Source: an uncultured Chromatiales bacterium
Lineage (GTDB): Bacteria; Pseudomonadota; Gammaproteobacteria; SZUA-140
Direction of reading: 5' to 3'
Length of the DNA: 64,000 nucleotides
Assembly (NCBI GenBank): GCA_964581365.1
Contig: CAZOOF010000005.1
Coordinates: 12,872-76,871, forward strand
The position numbers and the translations under genes were made by a program. This document shows positions 1-9,447 of the stretch, in pieces. The first letter of the stretch is position 1, and each line of letters begins with the position of its first letter. Below the pieces are notes generated by a model. That model was not told the DNA's origin. It did not search any database and worked only from the letters and a program-made list of their open reading frames with translations.

Positions 1-1
1 C

Positions 2-820
2 GGTACGCTCGACAGCGCCGCTGTCGGACTCGCCCGGGAGTTGCTTGCGGCCATTCCGCGCCGCCTGCGCGCGGCGGCCGAGGAGCCGTATGGCGCGCGA
101 GCCGTGGTTTACGCACTGCTGATGGATGATCGACGGGATGTCGCGGAGAAGCAGGCAGGGATCCTGGCAGCGATGGCCGAACCCGAGGTCGCGCTGCATG
201 CGCCGGCGCTGAGCGCCGAGGTGGCAGCGGGCGGGGACCGGCTGCGACTGCCGCTGGCGGAGATCGCGATGCCGGCGCTGGAAGCCTTGTCGGAGGATCA
301 ATACCGGCGGTTTCGCGGCGTGGTCGAAGAGTTGATCGCAGCGGATCGGCAAACCAGTTTCGGCGAATGGATCCTGCGCCGCTTCATCCTGCGCCGCCTG
401 GATGAATCATTCGGCATGCGCTCTCCGGCGACTGAACGCTATATCGATGCGGAGATGCTGGGCGATGCTGCCTCGACGGTGCTGTCAGTGCTCGCGCGGC
501 TCGAACACCATGGCGATGAGCAGGCTGCGGAGGCGGCTTTCCAGACCGGAGCGGTGGCGCTTCGCGGGGAACGATTGTCCCTGAGCTTCACTGCGGAGCG
601 CGTGCCGCCACGGGCGCTCGATGCCGCCTTCGACCGGCTGGAATCGCTCGATGCCGGGCGGAAGGAGGCGATGCTGAAAGCCTGCATCGCCTGCGTCCTG
701 CATGACCGTCAGCTGACCATGCGCGGCTACGAGCTGGTGCGCACCCTGGCCGCGTGCCTGGATTGTCCACTGCCACCGCTGCGTCTCGTTCAGCCGGATT
801 CGGCGCTGGACGGCGAGTGA
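2..820 (+). CDS. Hypothetical protein, probably the C-terminal part of a gene that begins before the window (frame open back to nt 2)
   Basis: Track ORF 41..820 starts at a TTG and the same frame is open to the window edge. Codon usage is GC3-rich like the neighbours. I do not recognise a family. Confidence 0.35.
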   Translation, partial: GTLDSAAVGLARELLAAIPRRLRAAAEEPYGARAVVYALLMDDRRDVAEKQAGILAAMAEPEVALHAPALSAEVAAGGDRLRLPLAEIAMPALEALSEDQYRRFRGVVEELIAADRQTSFGEWILRRFILRRLDESFGMRSPATERYIDAEMLGDAASTVLSVLARLEHHGDEQAAEAAFQTGAVALRGERLSLSFTAERVPPRALDAAFDRLESLDAGRKEAMLKACIACVLHDRQLTMRGYELVRTLAACLDCPLPPLRLVQPDSALDGE

Positions 821-836
821 TTTGCGTCCCGCGACC

Positions 837-1931
837 CTAGGGGGCGGGCAGAGGCGACAGCAGGGTGGACCAGTCGATGGTTCCGGATGTCACCGAGGGG
901 CCATGGGTGATCGTCAGGACGACTCCGTCGGAGACGACAGATGCCTGCATCGAGGCGCAGCCTGCGCAGGTTTCTTCGAGCATGACGCTGCCGGACGCGG
1001 GAGGCTGTGAATGGGAGTCGGGACGGCCGGTGGTCCAGAGCAGGGGCTCGTTCACCTGCGTGCGTATCCGCAGCAGGACTTCGTCGTTGGCTCCGTTCGT
1101 ATACCTGCTCAGCGTACTCGGTCCTTCGGCATGGTTCGTGATCTCGACGCGATACTCTCCGCTGTTTGCGTCCTCGATGGTGTCGACGCGGAAGGGCCGC
1201 AGCTGGAAGTTGATTGCCGCCGCGTCGGAACTGAACGGTGCGGTGTAATGCTGTACGTTGATGCCGCCGATGAGGCCCTGGTCGAGGTCGGCGTCGACCT
1301 CTATGCGCGTCCTGAGGACGTTCAGCGTGTGGTTCGCGGTGTGGGTGTAGCTGTCTGTGAACGAGGTCACGGTACCGTTGTCGTTATGGATCTGGACCGG
1401 GCCCATCCAGACTTCAGTCTCGACCTGCCAGTCGTCGTTTCCTGCCGGATCGCCGTTGCTCTGTATTCTGGTTATGTCGATAGTGCCGCTGATGGTGACC
1501 CCATCGATGGTGCACTCCGACAGCGCGACGTGCAGCGAAGGGCCGGCAGGAAGCTGGTATCCCCAGTCGATGTTGCGGTAGCTGACCCGGTTGGTTTCAT
1601 CGGCGTAGCCATGAGGGCTGCCGGCACATTGAGGAATATTGAGTGGATTGCCGTTTTTCGCTCGAACCAGAACGATGTGATCCCGCAGCATTGTGTTGAC
1701 GATGTGGGACACCATCACCAGCTTGCTGGTGACGTCCAGCGCGGAGTGGGCCAGGTCTACCCGCTCCGCATCCAGGTCGCCGGAAACCGGGGGCGGCGGA
1801 GGTCCCGGATCGGGGTTTGATCCGGATTCCTCCTCTCCACCGCCGCAGCCTGTCAGCAGGATCAGCAGGCCAGCGCATGCGAGTGTGGAGACTAACTGCC
1901 AGGGCGAGTACCCTTGAACCGTCCTTTTCAT
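837..1931 (-). CDS. Secreted lipoprotein of unknown function
   Basis: Inside track ORF 837..2012 an internal Met gives MKRTVQGYSPWQLVSTLACAGLLILLTGCGGGEEES: positive n-region, hydrophobic core and an LTGC lipobox. A Pro/Gly-rich linker and a Ser/Thr/Asn-rich mature region follow. The opposite-strand ORF 1011..1820 looks like antisense noise. Confidence 0.5.
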   Translation of the reverse strand: MKRTVQGYSPWQLVSTLACAGLLILLTGCGGGEEESGSNPDPGPPPPPVSGDLDAERVDLAHSALDVTSKLVMVSHIVNTMLRDHIVLVRAKNGNPLNIPQCAGSPHGYADETNRVSYRNIDWGYQLPAGPSLHVALSECTIDGVTISGTIDITRIQSNGDPAGNDDWQVETEVWMGPVQIHNDNGTVTSFTDSYTHTANHTLNVLRTRIEVDADLDQGLIGGINVQHYTAPFSSDAAAINFQLRPFRVDTIEDANSGEYRVEITNHAEGPSTLSRYTNGANDEVLLRIRTQVNEPLLWTTGRPDSHSQPPASGSVMLEETCAGCASMQASVVSDGVVLTITHGPSVTSGTIDWSTLLSPLPAP

Positions 1932-2069
1932 TTGAGTCCTTTTCTGAATCATATGGTTACGCCCTGGTGGGCGACCGCCTCCGGGATGGTGTACAGTCAA
2001 TCCACCAGTCACCGGCGCGGGATTTTCGCGCTATACCCCACAGTAACGGCAGCAGAAGGAGTGGACTTG

Positions 2070-2774
2070 ATGGATCCGAACTCCGAGAAGCGGGCAGTTA
2101 CACCTTCAGATGTCTCCAGGAAGCTTCGTGTCGGTTCAACCGGATGCAGCTGGCTGCTGCTCGGGTGTCTGGCGGCGGGTGCCGCCGATGCCGGCGTCTA
2201 TGCGGGTTTTCAGGGCAACGGGGAACACAATCGCATCGCTTATGCCGGTGCGGTGGCCATGCGAGGCGGCGCCTTTTACGAACTCTTCGCTGCGCGTCTG
2301 GAGTATCGCTATGACGACGGCGGGACCGTGTTTGCCGAGCAATACATCGTCACGCCGGCGGTGGGCATGCGCTGGGAGGATGGCTGGAGTATCGGCCTTG
2401 CGCTCGGCCCCAGCTTCGTTGCCCGTGAGGAAGAGGGCACCCGTACCGAGGACAACGACAGCATCGGCCTGACGCTCAAGGCCAGCATGCTTTCAGCCCC
2501 CGGGCCATTGACTCACGAGGTGCTGACTTCTTACACGACGCTCGATAAGGTCCTATGGGGCCGCGCGCGAATTCGGCGGGCGGTGTCCTCGCAACTCTCG
2601 CTCGGCGGTGAGCTGATCGGCATGAGCGCGGAGCAGGCGGACAGTTACGGCGCCGGGCTGGTGGTCGAGTTCGCGCGGAGTCCCGGCCGCATGGGCATCG
2701 TCATCGGGTACGAGCGGAGCACGAACCGGGAGCATACCCCGTACGGCGGCATCGAGCTTTCCGCTTTTTTCTGA
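2070..2774 (+). CDS. Outer-membrane beta-barrel protein (small OMP)
   Basis: Internal start MDPNSEKRAVTPSDVSRKLRVGSTGCSWLLLGCLAAGAADA is a signal peptide, with GGAG 7 nt upstream. The body has alternating hydrophobic beta-strand patterns and a terminal ...GGIELSAFF with C-terminal Phe, typical of OMP beta-barrels. Confidence 0.55.
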   Translation: MDPNSEKRAVTPSDVSRKLRVGSTGCSWLLLGCLAAGAADAGVYAGFQGNGEHNRIAYAGAVAMRGGAFYELFAARLEYRYDDGGTVFAEQYIVTPAVGMRWEDGWSIGLALGPSFVAREEEGTRTEDNDSIGLTLKASMLSAPGPLTHEVLTSYTTLDKVLWGRARIRRAVSSQLSLGGELIGMSAEQADSYGAGLVVEFARSPGRMGIVIGYERSTNREHTPYGGIELSAFF

Positions 2775-4574
2775 GGGAGGCTGGCTGTGACTCCAGCGGT
2801 TGACCACCCAGGCAGAGCCGTAAATATAGACCTGCCATAGCAGCAGTCCGCTCAGCACCACGCTTACCGCGCCGGCTGGCGCGCTGGCACTGACCCAAGC
2901 CACCGTAAGCAGCACGAGTCCGACCAGCGCGCACTCGGTGCGTACGATGCTGGGACGGCGATCGGTATCGGCATCGTGGCGCTTCGGGGTTCGCAGAAAG
3001 CGTCCCTGGCGTCTGGTCAGCCCGAGCGCGCAGGCCATGGTCACCACCCAGGTGAGGCTCAGCAGGATCAGAAAGGCGCGGTGCGCATCCGCCAGCGAGC
3101 ATTGCAGCCTGAGGCGCAGGGCCCACAGCATCTTCAGGATGCCGAAGGTGATGAACAGGAAAGGCATGAACACTGCGCTCGCTGCAATCGGCTGCAGCAG
3201 CAGCGCCTGTCCCAGCGTATAGCTGGCAGCGCACAGCAACAGAATGCCGGTAAAGAGAAAGGTCAGCGGATCGTTGAGCCACTGCAGCGCTCCGGACCAG
3301 TAGTCGAACTTCTGGGCAAACGTCAGTCGTCCGCTCCGGTCCCACAGGCGGGATCCCGGCAGAAGCTTCTTCCAGTGCAGACGCAGCACCTGCATGCCGC
3401 CGAATGCCCAGCGGAAGCGCTGCCTGCGCAGACCTTCGAAATCGAGCGGCATCAGACCCCTTCCGTAGGACCGATCGACGAATACCGACTCATAGCCGAG
3501 ATTCAACATCTTGAGGGCGACCTCGGCGTCTTCGGTGATGCACCACTCATCCCAGCCGCCGACACGATTCAGCACGCTCCTGCGTATGAGCCCCATGGTG
3601 CCGGTGAAGATGATCCCGTTGCGTTCGTTGCGAGAGGCCATCGACAGCTTGAAAAAGTACTGGTAGGAGCGATAGAGGGCCGACTGATAGGCGCAGGAAT
3701 CGACATTGCGATAGTCCTGCGGAGTCTGCACGAATGCCACCTTCGGGTTGAGGAAGAATCCGATGAGATCGCGCAGATAGTTTCGTTCCACGATGTAATC
3801 GGCATCCACGACGCCGATGATCTCCGTGTCGGGGGAAACCTGCGTCAGCGCGAAATTGAGCGCCCCCGATTTGTAGCCCGGCCAGTTCTCAAGATGAAAG
3901 AAGCGAAAGCCGAGTCGCCGGCAGTGTTCCTGCACCGGACGCCATACGTCCGGGTCGCGCGTGTTGTCGTCGATGACGATGACTTCGTAGTTCGGATAGT
4001 CGAGTGACGCCAGTGCGTCGAGCGTCCGGATCACCAGTTCCGGCGGTTCGTTGTAGGCAGGTACATGCAGGGAAACGCGGGGCGTGTATCCGGGGACCGG
4101 GCGGGGGGTGAAGCGGCGATTCCAGCGTATCCGGCACAGCACATCGATCACTTCAAAGGCATGAGCCACCATCAGCAGCAGGGATGCGGATACCAGCGTC
4201 ATCAGCATGAGGGCAAAGGCCAGGGCCAGCGGGCCGGGCGAGGAGGTGATGCTTACCTGCGTCACATAGGCAAGATAGCTCGATACCCAGACGATGACGC
4301 TGGCGAAGCACGTCTGTCCGATGGCGTTCCAGTTTGGTGCGCAGGATATGACCACCAGTCCGGCGGCAAGGATAACGAGGATGGCGCCGCCATCGGGCGA
4401 TCTGCCGGTTGCGGCAACGGTCAGCCACCAGGCGCAGCCGATGATAATCGCCAGGCACGCCACCGACAGCGCCGGGTGTCCGATCTTTACCCGGTGACCG
4501 GCACTGATGAGCAGCGCAACACTGCACAGCAGGGCGCCGACCGAGAGATGGACGAGATCGATCAGTTCAGGCAT
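2553..4574 (-). CDS. Integral-membrane family-2 glycosyltransferase, processive beta-glycan synthase type (cellulose synthase/PgaC/NdvC-like)
   Basis: N-terminal TM helices, a GT2 catalytic core (VPAYNEPPELV..., DDNTRD, DADY, TEDAEV) with a QRFRWAFGG (QxxRW) motif, then C-terminal TM helices. The last ~70 aa are low-complexity and run over the convergent OMP gene. Confidence 0.8.
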   Translation of the reverse strand: MPELIDLVHLSVGALLCSVALLISAGHRVKIGHPALSVACLAIIIGCAWWLTVAATGRSPDGGAILVILAAGLVVISCAPNWNAIGQTCFASVIVWVSSYLAYVTQVSITSSPGPLALAFALMLMTLVSASLLLMVAHAFEVIDVLCRIRWNRRFTPRPVPGYTPRVSLHVPAYNEPPELVIRTLDALASLDYPNYEVIVIDDNTRDPDVWRPVQEHCRRLGFRFFHLENWPGYKSGALNFALTQVSPDTEIIGVVDADYIVERNYLRDLIGFFLNPKVAFVQTPQDYRNVDSCAYQSALYRSYQYFFKLSMASRNERNGIIFTGTMGLIRRSVLNRVGGWDEWCITEDAEVALKMLNLGYESVFVDRSYGRGLMPLDFEGLRRQRFRWAFGGMQVLRLHWKKLLPGSRLWDRSGRLTFAQKFDYWSGALQWLNDPLTFLFTGILLLCAASYTLGQALLLQPIAASAVFMPFLFITFGILKMLWALRLRLQCSLADAHRAFLILLSLTWVVTMACALGLTRRQGRFLRTPKRHDADTDRRPSIVRTECALVGLVLLTVAWVSASAPAGAVSVVLSGLLLWQVYIYGSAWVVNRWSHSQPPSEKSGKLDAAVRGMLPVRAPLVPDDDAHAAGTPRELDHQPGAVTVRLLRAHADQLTAERELRGHRPPNSRAAP

Positions 4575-4781
4575 GTGTATCGATCTTCCTGTGTGCGAAT
4601 GAAACGCCGCGACAGTGCTGATCGAGCCGGCTTCCTGCCGCGATCCCGAATACGTGTCTGATTCTATCCGTCAGTGACGGTCGGCGTAATGCGGAATTTT
4701 CCGGCCTTACGCAAACCCGCGTACGGGTTCGCGAGCCCATGTCATGGGCACTCCCGGCTCGGTGCTTGTCAAAACCCTTGA

Positions 4782-5258
4782 GTGATGTCGGAGCGGACGT
4801 GTCCGCGGGAGGATGACGTGATCGCTATGCATCGGGAGCTGCCTGTGCTCCGGCTGGAGGACCAGCATGGCGCGCTGGTGTCGACCTGGCAGTTCAAGCA
4901 CCAGCACCCACTGGTCATTGCGTTCCTTGGAGCGGACGCTTCCCTGGTCGCCAGCTTCACCGAACGAATCGACGGCTATCGCTCGGTCAATGCCCGGGTG
5001 CTGGCCGTAATGCAGGGGAGTCGGGCGGACGCTGGTCCGATTGATGCGCCGTTTCCCGTGCTTGCCGACGACCGCGGGGAGGTGACGTGCCGATATGCCG
5101 GCGTCGCGCCAGCGACCATCGTGACCGATGCCTACGGCGTGCTCGAAGGACTGTTCGCCGGACCGCCGGACCATGATCGGATCATCAGGCTCGTCCGGCG
5201 TCTGGAGATGCGCTGTCCCGAATGCGGCGTGCCGGAATGGCCGGCCGACACGCAGTAG
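4782..5258 (+). CDS. Thioredoxin-fold AhpC/TSA (peroxiredoxin)-like protein lacking the peroxidatic Cys, with a C-terminal CPECG motif
   Basis: LPVLRLEDQHGALVS...HPLVIAFLGADAS...FPVLADDRGEV...ATIVTDAYGVLEG follows the peroxiredoxin layout, but the FxxxCxxE cysteine is replaced by GADAS. It is divergent from the GT2 gene. Confidence 0.45.
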   Translation: MMSERTCPREDDVIAMHRELPVLRLEDQHGALVSTWQFKHQHPLVIAFLGADASLVASFTERIDGYRSVNARVLAVMQGSRADAGPIDAPFPVLADDRGEVTCRYAGVAPATIVTDAYGVLEGLFAGPPDHDRIIRLVRRLEMRCPECGVPEWPADTQ

Positions 5259-5389
5259 CCATGTCCTGTCCGGACTGGCGGCAAGCCCCGGATCGGGGGC
5301 TCGGGGCGTCATGACACCGTTCAAATGTGATTCCGCAGAAGCCGTGCCGATGCTAGTATCTTGGGAATCTCGCCTCCGGAGACGAGCCG

Positions 5390-7933
5390 ATGCCTGTGTC
5401 TTCTCCCCAAGAGGACACCGCAAGGACACCATTCGGCCAGTCGTCGCATGAGCGCATGCGACATCTGGAAGCGCTTTATCGCCTGCTCGAACGCATGTAT
5501 CGGGCAGATTCCCTCTCCTGCATCTACACCGAGGCCGTCGAAGCGACACGGACTGCCCTCGATTGCGACGGTGTTGCGCTTCTGCTCGGCGATGAGGGTC
5601 GCGGATGGCGCTGCGCGGCGGCCATCGACTTCCCCGCCGAGTCCTGCCGCGCCCTGAGCCGATCGCTCCCCGGCCTGCGCGCCGGCCATGGTCCCGGACC
5701 CATATGCATCTGCCCACAGGCGGATGTCGATGCGGCTCTGCTCGACGCTTTGCAGCGCGAACGGCTGGAGTCGCTCTGTCTGGTTTCTCTCGTCGTGGAC
5801 GGATCGCCGCTGGGTGAGCTCGCAGCCGGCTTCCGTACACCGCGTGCTCTAGATCCCAGTGAGATCGAGGTCGCCAGTGCGATAGCCCGTCATCTGACGC
5901 TCGCCATGGAGCGCCAGATGGCGCAGGACCGTCTTCGAGAGAACGAAGAGCGGATCCGGCGCGAGCTGTCGGCTCGTCGGCGCGCGGAACATGCTTTGCG
6001 CGACAGTGAAAGCCGGCTCCGCTTCGCCCTCGAAGCCGGGCGCATGGGCACCTGGGAATGGAGTATCCATAGCGGCCGCATGGTGTGGTCACCGAGTCTC
6101 GAACGCATTCATGGCCTGCAGCCCGGCTCTTTCCCCGGCACCTTCGCCGCTTACGCGGATGACATGCATCCGGAAGATCGCGACGAGGTGCTCGCATCGA
6201 TCCATCGGGCGGTCGCCCGCAATATCGAGCATCGCATGGAATACCGGATCATCTGGCCCGACGGCAGCATCCATTGGGTGGAGGCGCGCGGGAGAGCATT
6301 CCTGGATGAAGATGGCGAGCCGGAGCGCATGATCGGGCTGTGCATGGACATCACCGAGCGCAAGCGGGTGGAGCAGCGGATCACCGCCCTCGGCAATGAT
6401 CTGCGCCGCCGGGTGGAGGAACTCGATGCCCTGCTCGAAGTGCTGCCGGTGGGGGTACTGGTCGCTCATGATCCGGATTGCCGGCATATCAGCATGAATC
6501 CGGCGGCTGCCGAACTGCTCGAGCTGCCCGTGCATGTGAACCCCTCGCGTACCGGGGAGCAGGCGGATCAGCTGCCGTTTCGCGTGCTGCGAGACGGATC
6601 GCCCGTCCCGCCCGAAGAGATGCCGATGCAGCGAGCGGCGCGGACGGGAAAGCCGGTGCGGGGTGAGATGCTCGAAATCGCTCTGGCCGATACCATCCGC
6701 TTCGAGTACATCACCGCCGTGCCCCTGTTCGATGACGGCGGGCGCGTGCGCGGCGCGTTGGGCGCAATGATCGACATGACCGAGCGCAAGCGCTTCGAGG
6801 ACGCATTGCGGGCCGCGGATCAGCGCAAGGACGAGTTCCTCGCCACGCTGGCGCACGAACTGCGCAATCCGCTGGCGCCGATACGCAACGCGATCGAGAT
6901 CCTGCGGCTGGGGCCGGACTCGAGCATAGATCCACGGGTTCCGCAGGGAGTTATCGATCGGCAGATCCGCCATATGACACGCCTGCTCGACGATCTGCTG
7001 GATGTGTCCCGGATTTCCTATAACAAGATCGAATTGCGTCGGGAACGCATCGAGTTCATGACGCCGGTGCAGAGTGCGCTGGAAACCAGCCGTCCACTGA
7101 TCGAGGAAAGAGGACACCGGTTCGTCGTTTCGATGCCGGAGGATGTGCTGTGGCTGTATGCGGATCCGGTGCGCCTGGCCCAGGTGTTTTCCAATCTGGT
7201 CAGTAATGCGGCCAAGTACACACCCGCCGGCGGTCTCATCGAGTTCGGTGCGGTACGCGAAGGGGATGAACTGCTGGTGTCGGTGAAGGATAACGGCGTC
7301 GGTATCTCGCCGGCGATGAGAAGCCAGATCTTCGGTATGTTTTCGCGCGGCAGCGGCTCGATCGAGCGTGCCGAAGGCGGGCTCGGTATCGGCCTTTCGC
7401 TGGCTCGCGCGCTGGTCGAACTGCATGGTGGCAGGATCGATGTGCGCAGTGAGGGAGAGGGCAGGGGCAGCGAATTCATGGTGCGTTTGCCGCTTGCATC
7501 AGGCATGGACCGCGGCGAGCCGGCTGATGCGGACTCGATGGAGCCGTCCGCTGCAGCTACTGCACGGCGCGTCCTGGTGGTGGATGATCTCAAGGACAGT
7601 GCCGACAGTCTGGCAGTGTTGCTCCGGGTCACGGGTAACAAGGCATGGACGGCTCACGATGGCAGAAGTGCGCTGGAAGCCGCCGAGCGCCTGCGTCCGG
7701 ACGTGGCGCTGCTCGATATCGGCATGCCCGATCTCGACGGTTACGAGGTGTGCCGTCGTATGCGCCAGACCCCGTGGGGCAGGGATATGATGCTGATTGC
7801 GCTGACTGGCTGGGGACAGGAAGGCGACCGGCGGAGGAGCCTGGAAGCAGGCTTCGATCACCATCTGGTCAAACCGGTAGAGATTCCCGCGCTGATGAGA
7901 CTGCTCGAACAGACGGGTGACGGGCAACCTTGA
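5390..7933 (+). CDS. Hybrid sensor histidine kinase (GAF-PAS-PAS-HisKA-HATPase_c-REC)
   Basis: GAF-like N-terminus, PAS segments (RFALEAGRMGTWEWSIHSGRMVWSP..., TERKR repeats), H-box LAHELRNPL, and G-boxes DNGVGIS...GGLGIGLSLAR. The C-terminal receiver has VLVVDD...LLDIGMPDLDGYEV...LIALTGWGQ...HLVKP. Confidence 0.88.
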   Translation: MPVSSPQEDTARTPFGQSSHERMRHLEALYRLLERMYRADSLSCIYTEAVEATRTALDCDGVALLLGDEGRGWRCAAAIDFPAESCRALSRSLPGLRAGHGPGPICICPQADVDAALLDALQRERLESLCLVSLVVDGSPLGELAAGFRTPRALDPSEIEVASAIARHLTLAMERQMAQDRLRENEERIRRELSARRRAEHALRDSESRLRFALEAGRMGTWEWSIHSGRMVWSPSLERIHGLQPGSFPGTFAAYADDMHPEDRDEVLASIHRAVARNIEHRMEYRIIWPDGSIHWVEARGRAFLDEDGEPERMIGLCMDITERKRVEQRITALGNDLRRRVEELDALLEVLPVGVLVAHDPDCRHISMNPAAAELLELPVHVNPSRTGEQADQLPFRVLRDGSPVPPEEMPMQRAARTGKPVRGEMLEIALADTIRFEYITAVPLFDDGGRVRGALGAMIDMTERKRFEDALRAADQRKDEFLATLAHELRNPLAPIRNAIEILRLGPDSSIDPRVPQGVIDRQIRHMTRLLDDLLDVSRISYNKIELRRERIEFMTPVQSALETSRPLIEERGHRFVVSMPEDVLWLYADPVRLAQVFSNLVSNAAKYTPAGGLIEFGAVREGDELLVSVKDNGVGISPAMRSQIFGMFSRGSGSIERAEGGLGIGLSLARALVELHGGRIDVRSEGEGRGSEFMVRLPLASGMDRGEPADADSMEPSAAATARRVLVVDDLKDSADSLAVLLRVTGNKAWTAHDGRSALEAAERLRPDVALLDIGMPDLDGYEVCRRMRQTPWGRDMMLIALTGWGQEGDRRRSLEAGFDHHLVKPVEIPALMRLLEQTGDGQP

Positions 7934-7986
7934 AGTGCAGCCGCTCCCCGGTCGAGCCGGGGAGCGGTGCATTCATCGCCTTCTGC

Positions 7987-9222
7987 TTACTTCTTGATTT
8001 GCAACTCCACCCGGCGATTCGCCGCCCGGCCCTCGGCGGTGGCGTTGTCTGCCACCGGGCGGTCCGGACCGTAGCCCGCGGCGGTGAGGCGATCGGCGGC
8101 TACACCCTTGGAGATCAGGTATTCGCGAACGGTCTCGGCACGCTGCCGTGACAGGCGGAGGTTGAATTCCCGCGGTCCGGTGATGTCGGAGTGGCCACCG
8201 ACTTCGGCGGTGATCTCCGGATGCTTGAGCAGCGTTGCAGCCGTCTCATCCAGCACGGCCCGGGATTCGTCGAGCAGACGGGCTGAAGAGGTTTCGAAGT
8301 TCACCCCTTCCAGCGAGATGACTTCCTTGATCTCGCATCCACGCACGTCCACCTTGACTCCCGTGGCGGTGTCCGGGCAGCGATCGAGGCGGTCGACCAC
8401 GCCGTCGCCATCGCTGTCGATTTCACAACCGGAGGCATCCACCCTGGCGCCCGCGACGGTATCCGGACAGCGATCATCGACATCCGGTACGCCATCGCCG
8501 TCGGCATCGGGTTCGCAGCCGCGCTCATCCACGGCGGCGCCAGCGCGCGTACCGGGGCAGGCATCGCTATCATCCGGCACGCCGTCGCCGTCGGAGTCGG
8601 CGACCACGGGCGCCGGTTCCGGCTCGGCGACTGCGGCTACCGGGGCAGGGGCCGGCGCGGGTTCCGGCGCCGCGGAGCTGCGTCCGAAGGGAATATGCAG
8701 GCCCACGCTCACGACCCAGTCGCCGAAGCCATCGTCTTCGGTGGGAATGGTGTCATTGTCGCCATCCCAGCGATAGCGTACTTCGCCGCGCAGGCTCATC
8801 GAATCGCCCGCGCTGGTCAGGAAGCCAAGGCCGGCGTTGGCCATCAGATTGGTGGTGTTGTCGCCGGGCAGGCGATTGTGCATCGCGCCGGCGCCGATGA
8901 GAGCATAGGGGGAAAAACTGCGCTTGCGGCTGAAGAAGTACAGACCGTCGAGGGCGACACCGCGCTGCTGGTAGGCGCCGGCGCCATTCTCAAAGTCGAG
9001 ATTGTCCGCTTCGAGGTTGAGTTCGAGGTTCCAGCGCTCGCTCATTTCGCGACCGATGCCGATCTGAATGCCGAAATCGTCGTCGGCATTGCGATCATCA
9101 TCGGCGAACACATAGTTGAGTGCCGGGGCGATGTACCAGGAGCGCTGCTCCATGGCGTTGGCGCAGGACGAGCCGATGCCGAACGCTAAAACCGTACACA
9201 ATGCGGGGTACAATTTTGCCAC
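7987..9222 (-). CDS. OmpA-family outer-membrane protein with a thrombospondin type-3 Ca-binding repeat module
   Basis: GTG start 11 nt after AAGGGAG, then signal peptide VAKLYPALCTVLAFGIGSSCANA. An N-terminal beta-barrel is followed by a Pro/Ala/Glu linker and three D-x-D-G-D-G-V-x-D...C-P-D-T repeats. The OmpA C-like domain (NLRLSRQRAETVREYL...NRRVEL) closes the protein. Confidence 0.85.
   Translation of the reverse strand: MAKLYPALCTVLAFGIGSSCANAMEQRSWYIAPALNYVFADDDRNADDDFGIQIGIGREMSERWNLELNLEADNLDFENGAGAYQQRGVALDGLYFFSRKRSFSPYALIGAGAMHNRLPGDNTTNLMANAGLGFLTSAGDSMSLRGEVRYRWDGDNDTIPTEDDGFGDWVVSVGLHIPFGRSSAAPEPAPAPAPVAAVAEPEPAPVVADSDGDGVPDDSDACPGTRAGAAVDERGCEPDADGDGVPDVDDRCPDTVAGARVDASGCEIDSDGDGVVDRLDRCPDTATGVKVDVRGCEIKEVISLEGVNFETSSARLLDESRAVLDETAATLLKHPEITAEVGGHSDITGPREFNLRLSRQRAETVREYLISKGVAADRLTAAGYGPDRPVADNATAEGRAANRRVELQIKK
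8325..8598 (-). repeat. Intragenic tandem repeats encoding three thrombospondin type-3-like D-rich Ca-binding motifs
   Basis: DSDGDGVPDDSDACPGT / DADGDGVPDVDDRCPDT / DSDGDGVVDRLDRCPDT are each followed by G-C-E. The reverse strand shows this as a Ser-rich artefact ORF (8084..8776). Confidence 0.6.
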
Positions 9223-9447
9223 AATTATTTTTCTCCCTTCAGGTAATTTGGCTGGAGTCTTTGTGCTCCAGGCAACATGGAAGATGAGAGATAGCGCCAA
9301 TGATGTCAAGCGCCCCGGTGGTAGCGGTGAAACCGCTTGACGAAGCGCGAAGAGTGCTCGCCCGCGCGCGCAGCGGAGGTGTGTGAATGCTGGCCGGCAC
9401 AGGCGTGAACCAGCTCGATTGCAGGGGCCGGAGCAGGCTTCGCGGCG

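Noticed and set aside
1011-1820. 269-aa plus-strand ORF
   Set aside because: Opposite the signal-peptide/lipobox-bearing lipoprotein gene, with no features of its own. I prefer the lipoprotein frame.
4707-6197. 496-aa Arg-rich minus-strand ORF
   Set aside because: Its composition (RRR/RG-rich, no domain signal) is typical of the antisense frame of a GC-rich gene. It lies opposite the well-supported hybrid histidine kinase and the peroxiredoxin-like gene.
6089-7426. 445-aa minus-strand ORF
   Set aside because: Antisense to the histidine kinase core (HisKA/HATPase region), with no recognisable motifs.
8084-8776. 230-aa Ser-rich plus-strand ORF
   Set aside because: Mirror image of the Asp-rich TSP3 repeat region of the OmpA-family gene.
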